This document shows, piece by piece, positions 56,311 through 64,000 of a stretch of DNA of 64,000 nucleotides. The notes beneath the pieces are model-generated. The model was not told where the DNA came from and ran no database searches. It was given only the letters and a program-made list of their open reading frames with translations. Both the position numbers and the translations under genes were made by a program. This DNA is from Octopus vulgaris. Lineage: Eukaryota. Within the stretch, counting starts at the first letter, position 1; every line of letters starts with the position of its first letter. The stretch spans positions 48,112,001 to 48,176,000 of the forward strand of contig OX597818.1 in assembly GCA_951406725.2 (NCBI GenBank), read 5' to 3'.

Positions 56311-58353
56311 GTACATATCTTAAATTCCCATTCTGTTTGCTTTTCAGTATATCAGTTTTCATCATCATCATCATCAACATTTAATGTCCATCTTCCATGC
56401 TGGCATGGGTCGGATAATTTGACAGGATCTGGCTAGCCAGAGGAGTACACTAAGCTCCACTGTCTGTTTTGACATGCTTTTTGCAGCTGGATGCCGTTCC
56501 TAACACCAACCACTTTACAGAGTGACCTGACTGCTTTCCAAGAAACACCAGCACGGTTTCTTTTGGTATGGTTTTTATGGTTGGATGCCCTTCCTAACAC
56601 CAATCACTTTACAGAGTAGATTGGTTCCTTTTACATGTAGCACCAGCAACCGCGAGGTCTCTTTTAGCATGATCTTCATGGTTGGATGCCCTTCCTGATG
56701 CCAACAATTTTACAGAAAGGGCATCCAGCCATAAATTTTGTTAATACAATCTATTTGTGCTTCTCACTGGTAGACATAGAGGATTTCTTATTCAGTGTAA
56801 CTTTATCGTCATCATCATCATCATTTTAACATTTACTTTTCCATGCTAGCATGTGTCACAGAGAATTTTGTTAAGGCAGATTTTTCTATGGCAAGATGCC
56901 TTTCCTGTTGCCAGCCAGCACCTGTTTGCAAGGGAGGTAATCTTTCCCCTTGCCAAGGGATATTTTCACAAAAGATTGGAAACACAAACAACAACTGTAT
57001 GATGGTGATGCTTGCTTACAACAGATGTGCAATGTCAAGACAGGAAACTTACACATGCAACAGGCTTCTTTCAGTTTCTATTTGCCATATCTACTCACAA
57101 GGCTTTGATTTGCCTATGACTATAGTAGAAGACACCTGCCTAAATACCATGAAGTGGGATTGAACCCAAAATCACATACCTCAATAACATATTCATCCAA
57201 CTCATGCTACCATGGAAAAAACAGACATAAAAACAAAGTAAATGTATAAACAGATATAAAGATTTGCTATTTAAAATTGTGGTGGCAGCACCTTCTTTTC
57301 CTCCTCCTCCTTCCAATATAAAGCAAAAACTTTTTGTGGTAACATTGTTAGTGATACCTTGTATTTGGATCCTTGGTAATTTTATAAATAGTGCTGCTGT
57401 GGTTGAGGAGACCTACTGAGTCAAGTACATCAACATCAAAATAGAAATCAAATGGAAATCGTAGTTGTGATACCTGTGCCGGTGGCACGTAAAAAGCACC
57501 ATCCAAACGTGGCCGATGCCAGCGCCACCTTGACTGGCTTCTGTGCCGGTGGCACGTAAAAAGCACCATCCGAACGTGGCCGATGCCAGCGCCACATTGA
57601 CTGGCTTCTGTACCGGTGGCACGTAAAAAGCATCAACTGATCGTGGCCGTTGCCAGCCTCCCCTGGCACCTGTGCTGGTGGCACGTAATAAGCACCCACT
57701 ACACTCACGGAGTGGTTGGCATTAGGAAGGGCATCCAGCTGTAGAAACACTGCCAGATCAGACTGGAGCCTGGTGCTGCCTCCTGGCTTCCCAGACCTCG
57801 GTCGAACCGTCCAACCCATACTAGCATGGAAAACGGACGTTAAACGACGATGACGAAGTAGTAGTAGTAGTAGTAGTAGTAGTATCATCACAGTAATGCA
57901 GCTGGGGCTTCATTTCAGTATCCCCATACACCTCACGTGTGTGTGTGTGGCTGGTATGATCTCAGTGAGGAATCGACCTTTCTCATTATTCACTTCATCA
58001 TAATCATCCTCATCATTTAACATCTACCTTCCATGCTAACTTGGTTTGGACTTTTTGACAGCAGCTGGTAAGGCCAGGGGCCACACTAGGTCCCATTGTA
58101 TATTTTGGCATCGTTTCTACAGCTAGAAGCCAACCACTTTACAAAGCGTATTCTTTTATGCTTTTATTTGTTTCAGTCATTTGACTGTGGCCATGCTGGA
58201 GCACTGCCTTTAGTCGAGGAAATCGACCCCAGGACTTATTCTTTGTAAGCCTAATACTTATTTTATCGGTCTCTTTTGCTGAACCGCTAAGTTACGGGGA
58301 CGTAAACACACCAGCATCGGTTGTCAAGCGATGTTAGTGGGGAACACACAAAT

Positions 58354-58408
<55 letters not shown>

Positions 58409-58914
58409 TACGACAGGCTTCTTTCAGTTTCCATCTACCAAATCCAAGGCTTTGGTCGGCCCAAGGTTATAGTAGAAGACACTTGCCCAAGGTGCCACGC
58501 AGTGAGACTGAACCCGGAACCATGTGGTTCGTAAGCAAGCTACTTACCACACAGCCACTTCTTTTTACATGGCACCATCACCAATGCTTTTTACATGGCA
58601 TCAACACTGCTACTTTTTACATGGTGCCAGCACTAACATGGTCACCAAGTAACTTGCAAGATGACCCCCCCCCCACCCTTCACCTTGGAGGGGAGCATTA
58701 ACCAAGTCGATTTAGGTTATCAACTTTTTGGTTTATTTTGTTGCAATGTAACTGGAATGGATTTTCAACTTCATAACTCTTTGATCTCAAATCTGACTTA
58801 TGCAGCTGTCTTGAGGATTCTTGAATTTTTGTAAAATTTGATTTTTTAATTCATCTGAAAACATTTTTTCATCTTATTACTAAACCATTTTCTTTCATTT
58901 ATCTTCCTAAAAAG

Positions 58915-59008
58915 GTGCCAAGATCTCTGATAAACGACGGAACAACAATAACTCAACTGCAACAAATTCCAATGAATCTACCAACCTCTTAAAAAAATCT
59001 GAAAGTTG
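58915..59008 (+). CDS. TADA3: TADA3 coding exon (GAKISDKRRNNNNSTATNSNESTNLLKKSES); gene continues beyond the window
   Basis: Phase 1 matches the previous exon; LLKKSE motif of ADA3; GTAAGT donor at 59009. Confidence 0.85.
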
Positions 59009-59486
59009 GTAAGTTTTAAGTTTCGTAACTTATTTTTTTAAGGTACTTCTTTCTCATTGAAACTTTTTTTTTTCGTTTGTGGAACCAATTCATGTTTACA
59101 TTTTTTTTCTTTTATTTATTACATACTGTAAAAAGGTTGAAGTTAGGAAGGGCATCCAGCCATAGAAAGCATGCCAAAGCTGACACTGGAGTTCGATGCA
59201 GGATCCTGTCTAATCATCCAACCATGCCGACATGGGAAGAGAACATTAAATAATAATAATAGTAATAATAATAATAATGATACTCTTTACTCTTTTACTT
59301 GTTTCAGTCATTTGACTGCAGTCATCGTGGAGTACCGCCTTTAGTCGAGCAAATCGACACCAGGACTTATTCTTTGTAAGCCTAGTACTTATTCTATTAG
59401 CCTCTTTTGCCGAACTGCTAAGTTACAAGGACATAAACACACCAGCATCGGTTGTCGAGCGATGTTGGGGGGACAAACAAACATGC

Positions 59487-59535
<49 letters not shown>

Positions 59536-59712
59536 CGATGGGCTTCTTTCAGTTTCCGTCTACCAAATCCACTCACAAGGCTTTGGTCGGCTCGAGGCTA
59601 TAGTAGAAGACACTTGCCCAAGGTGCCATGCAGTGGGACTGAACCCGGAACCATGTGGTTGGTAAGCAAGCTACTTACCACACAGCCACTCCTGCGCCTA
59701 TAAAAGTATATA

Positions 59713-59784
59713 AGGTCTCACCGAGACTTGAACTCGGATCACTGGATTCAGAGTCCAGAGTGATAACCATTACACCATGAGACC
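59713..59784 (-). tRNA. tRNA-Gln (anticodon CTG)
   Basis: GGTCTCATGGTGTAATGGTTATCACTCTGGACTCTGAATCCAGTGATCCGAGTTCAAGTCTCGGTGAGACCT: 7-bp acceptor stem, CTGGA/TCCAG anticodon stem, CCGAG/CTCGG T-stem, TTTT terminator 8 nt downstream. Confidence 0.9.
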
Positions 59785-61932
59785 TACTTATCAATTTATT
59801 TTTTTATATTGATCGGTGCAAGCATGGCTGTGTGGTAAGAAATTTACTTTCAAGTCACATGGTTCTGGGTTCAGTCCCACAGCATGGCACCTTGGGCAAG
59901 TGCCTTCTAGTATAGCCTCAGTTCAACCAAACACTTGTGAGTAGATTTGGTTGGTGGAAACTGAAAGAAGCCCATATATGTGTGTGTTTGTGTCTGTGTT
60001 TGTCCCTTACCACAGCTTGACACCTGGTGTTGGTTTGTTTATGAGCCTGTAACTTAGTGGTTCAGCAAGGAAACCAATAAAATAAGTACCAAGCTTTTAA
60101 AAAAATTTAGTACAGGGTTCGATTCATTCAACAAAATTTTCTTCAAAGCTATGCCCCAGCATGGCTACTGTCTAATAACTGAAACAAGTAAACGATAAAA
60201 AAAAAGCATAAAAAAATATGTAGAAAACATTATTTTTCAAAATGATTTCACCTTTAATATCTAGTATATTTTACCTGAAGATGCAAAAATATAGAGGCTA
60301 CAGTCCTCTATATATGATGGGACCAACACTATCGCTTATTGTATTTGTTTAGCTACCCCCTTATCAACCTTATTTGAGCAGACATATGATCAAAGGTGTT
60401 CCAGCTGTATATATCCTGTCTTAATTAAAGTTATGTAAGATATGTTATCTAACATGTCCTTTCTTTATATAAGACAGTAGGGTGTAGTTGAAGGAAATTG
60501 GTTGCTCTTTCTAGTTGGATGAGCAATGACATAGAGTAACCATGAGTGAACTGCAGCTTGGAGTACTTTCTCAATGGTATGCCTGACAAAAAGTTACCTT
60601 GAATTTTTTTTTTTTGGTATTGTGACTTACCTGAAGAAGAGCCTTGTCTCATGCAACACACTTCTTGGAAAAGGTTGCACATTGGCTGTGAGGTAAGAAG
60701 TTTGCTTCTCAACTACATGGTTCTAGGTTCAGTCCCACTGCGTGACAAGTTGGGCAGGTGTCTTCTACTATAATCTTCAGGCAACCAAAGCCCTGTGAGT
60801 GGATTTGGTAGACGGAAATTGGAGCCTGACATATATATATGTATATGTGTGTCTTTAACCCCACCACCACCACCACCACCATCGCTTGACAACTGATGCT
60901 GGTGTGTTTACGTCTCTGTAACTTAGAATAAGTCCTAGGGTCAATTTGTTCGACTAAAGGTGGTGCTCCAACATGGCCGCAGTCAAATGACTGAAACAAG
61001 TAAACAAATAAAAGAATATATATATATATATCTTGTGTGTGTCTTTGTATCTGTGTTTGCCTCCACCCACTGCTTGACAACTGGTGTTGGTGTGTTTACA
61101 TCCCTGTGACTTTGCAGTCCGGGAAAAGCGATCAATAGAAAAAGTAAGAAAATAAGTAGTGGAGTCATTTCATTTGTCTAAAAATCCTGCAAGGCAGTGC
61201 CCCAGCATGGCCTTGATCTAATGACTGGAACAAGAAGAAGATAAAAAACGCCCGACATAGAGGGATGTTCAGCTTGTTGTACAGTCTCGTAGGAAGATGT
61301 CATTATTTCTTATTTACCAAAACAAAATACAAGCTACAATTCTGTTCATTGAAAATTGTAGTTGTGATCCCTGTGCCGGTGGCACGTAAAATGCACCATC
61401 CGAATGTGGCCGATGCCAGCGCCGCCTTGACTGGCTTCCGTGCCGGTGGCACGTAAAAAGCACCAACCGATCGTGGCTGTTGCCAGCCTCGCCTGGCACG
61501 TAAAAAGCACCCACTACACTCACGGAGTGGTTGGCATTAGGAAGGGCATCCAGCTGTAGAAACACTGCCAGATCAAGATTGGAGCCTGGTGCAGCCCTCT
61601 GGTTTCCCAGACCCCAGTCGAACCGTCCAACCCATGCTAGCATGGAAAACAGACGTTAAACGATGATGATGATGATGATGATGATTTTATTTTGTTTACT
61701 AACAGATTACACTGATAACAACCACAGAAAGCTTACCATTCAGTGCAGATATATCATCAGTCTTCACTTAGTATAAAGGCTGTGTTTTTCAAGCGAGTGT
61801 TATCACATCTCACTTAAGCTCGGTATATTTTGTAAATGTTTGCTTTAGTTACTTAGTGAGGTTTTATGAAAGTAATCTCAACTGCAGACAATTTAACTAA
61901 CAATTATTTCTTTCTTGTTGCTCTTACAACAG

Positions 61933-61938
61933 GAAAGG
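61933..61938 (+). CDS. TADA3: Candidate 6-nt TADA3 microexon (GAAAGG)
   Basis: ACTAAC branch point (61896), pyrimidine tract, TGC at 61919, acag acceptor, GTGAGT donor; frame-preserving. Confidence 0.55.
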
Positions 61939-62213
61939 GTGAGTATATTTTTGATTTATATTCCTACCCCCTACCCCCTCCCCTGTTACCTTACCTTACC
62001 AGGAATCATATTTACCTCAAATTCTGCTTGTTCCCTCTATCTTTCATCTAATTCGTTTTTTTTTTTTTTTCCTTGATACTTCTTCCCCACCTTATCTTCT
62101 TCCACGGTTAAGAAATTGGAGAAGAGAACATAAGTTCTACTCAAGATTTCTCCCCCGTCCCCTTCTCTCTCTCTAATTGAAGCTTTTTAATTTTTGAAAC
62201 CGAAATTCCTTAA

Positions 62214-62438
62214 CCCTTTAGCATCATGGTTATTATTCTGTCGAATGTAATGCTTATTTGTTCACATTGTTTTGAATTAATCATACACTATTTTGTAACT
62301 TTGAGATTTCAATGATGCGATTATATATTTTTTAGAATGACATTGTAGGATAGGTATGACAGGCCAGATCTGACCAATTTGAACAAAAAAACAGGTAGAA
62401 TATTTGGGTCGGATATGGCTTGTTTAAATGCTAAAGGG
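62214..62438. mobile_element. piggyBac-like MITE (copies near 3481, 11177, 48724; related element near 39080)
   Basis: TTAA|CCCTTTAGCAT...ATGCTAAAGGG|TTAA: TTAA TSD and CCC/GGG termini. Confidence 0.85.
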
Positions 62439-63344
62439 TTAAAATTGTTTTGCTGAGTCGATAATTCTTTAATTGAAATGTAGTATGCAATTTAAGACTC
62501 GTAAGAAACTGTAAGGAATTTTTGGAAAAAAAAAGAAATTCTTAAAGCATATTTTATTTCAAATATTTCTTCTATTAACATATGAGCAATCTTCTTTGCA
62601 CTGGGTATTAAACCTTTCCTTTTTTTCTCTCTCTCTCTCTCTTTCTAACATGCTTGTTTATTTTGGGATTTTTTTTTTATCTCCTGCTATTGACTTGTTG
62701 CTTGTTACTTCCACACAAATCTCCTAAATAATTGTCATATCCACCTGAATGCTTCAATTGTTTGTCCTATTCACTTCTTGTATGCTTAAAAAATTCACTG
62801 TTGCGCTGAGAGCAAAAAAATAAAGAAAGAAAGAAATGCATTCTAATATTGATAGAAAATAACTTTCCATTATAATTAATTTGTAGTTGTTTTGATTAAT
62901 AAATATTCAACATTAATGTATCAAATTAAATTTCGTATTGATTCATTCTTTTTTAAGCTAGATTGATTTAACTTTGAGATTTTGAATATTTAAGAAACGG
63001 AGAGAGTAAATGAATTTTTGACTACTTTTTTTCCTGTGGAATTAATTGAAAGGAACGTGGTTGTTGCCATCGCCACCTCAATGGCACGTAAAAAGCACCA
63101 TCCGATCGTGGCCGTTAGCCAGCCTCGCCTGGCACCTGTGCCAGTGACACGTAAAAAGCACCCACTACACTCACAGAGTGGTTGGTGTTAGGAAGGGCAT
63201 CCAGCCGTAGAAACATTGCCAGATCAGACTGAGCTTGATGCACCCTTCTGGCTTCCCAGACCCCAGTTGAACCGTCCAACCCATGCTAGCATGGAAAGCG
63301 GATGCTAAACAATGATGATGATGATGATGGACTGCCTAGATTTT

Positions 63345-63712
63345 TGTTGGCTCTGCCATCTTGATATAATAATGAAATTATTGTATACAGTGCTCAGGTG
63401 CACCACAACTTATCAAAAGTGCATATAAAGCATATGCAGTAATGTACAAATGTCTGGAAAGTGAACAGTGTATGAGTCAGATACATGCTTGCGTGTGTAT
63501 GGAGGGGGGAAAATCAGGTGTAGTGTTGGCAAATCTCAGGAAGCATGGAAGTTTTGAAGGATGCAGTGCTCTGACAACTAACAACTGATGCTGGCAGTTT
63601 GTTCCATGCTTCAGCAACTCTTAGCGTGAAAAAATGTTTCCGAAAGTCATGGGAGCTGTGCTGTTTTCAGACTTTGTAAACATGTCCACGGGTGTTAGAC
63701 AGGTGGAATTTG
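63345..63712 (-). mobile_element. CR1/L2-like LINE 3' end
   Basis: Minus strand RKHFFTLRVAEAWNKLPASVVSCQSTASFK, typical of a CR1-group ORF2 C-terminus. Confidence 0.75.
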
Positions 63713-64000
63713 AGTTTTATTAAATGAGTCTTCTTTAAAAAGAAGTCTCATTTAATAAAATGTAATTAGGAGCAAACTATATCTAAAGCATGGGATGATT
63801 AAGACTAAAATGTCTTTGATGATAGGGCATTGTTGACTAAATATTTACACTAAACCTATCTACTGCTAAATCATAGGAAATATATTCACAGAACGAAGAC
63901 TGTTTGTGTCTGAGTAAGTAATGCACTTGGTTAAGAAATATCTCATCGTCAGTACATTTATTATGTCATGTGACCATTCTTAACCATCCATTGTTTGTGC

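Overview
Eukaryotic, AT-rich, repeat-dense DNA, most likely from an octopus (inferred from the SINE and microsatellite landscape, not proven). Two spliced housekeeping genes sit head-to-head at about 22.9-23.1 kb. PIGV (GPI mannosyltransferase II) is on the - strand with 3 coding exons and about 496 aa. TADA3 (SAGA/ATAC adaptor) is on the + strand with at least 5 coding exons and runs off the right end. Introns hold tRNA-derived SINEs, RTE/CR1 LINE fragments, mariner, Merlin, Helitron and piggyBac-like relics, and one tRNA-Gln(CTG). Most ORFs in the supplied track are repeat artefacts. The main non-obvious signal is a family of (TA)n-embedded elements carrying minimal type-I hammerhead ribozymes. 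One is a 360-bp tandem retrozyme-like array at 14.1-15.0 kb. The other is a related fold-back element at 43.6-44.05 kb with a canonical-core hammerhead capping a ~160-bp hairpin, sense to the TADA3 pre-mRNA. Also seen: a recent inversion with 1.23-kb inverted duplications around the retrozyme array, and three candidate frame-preserving TADA3 cassette exons (48 nt, 30 nt LINE-derived, and 6 nt with a UGC microexon signature).
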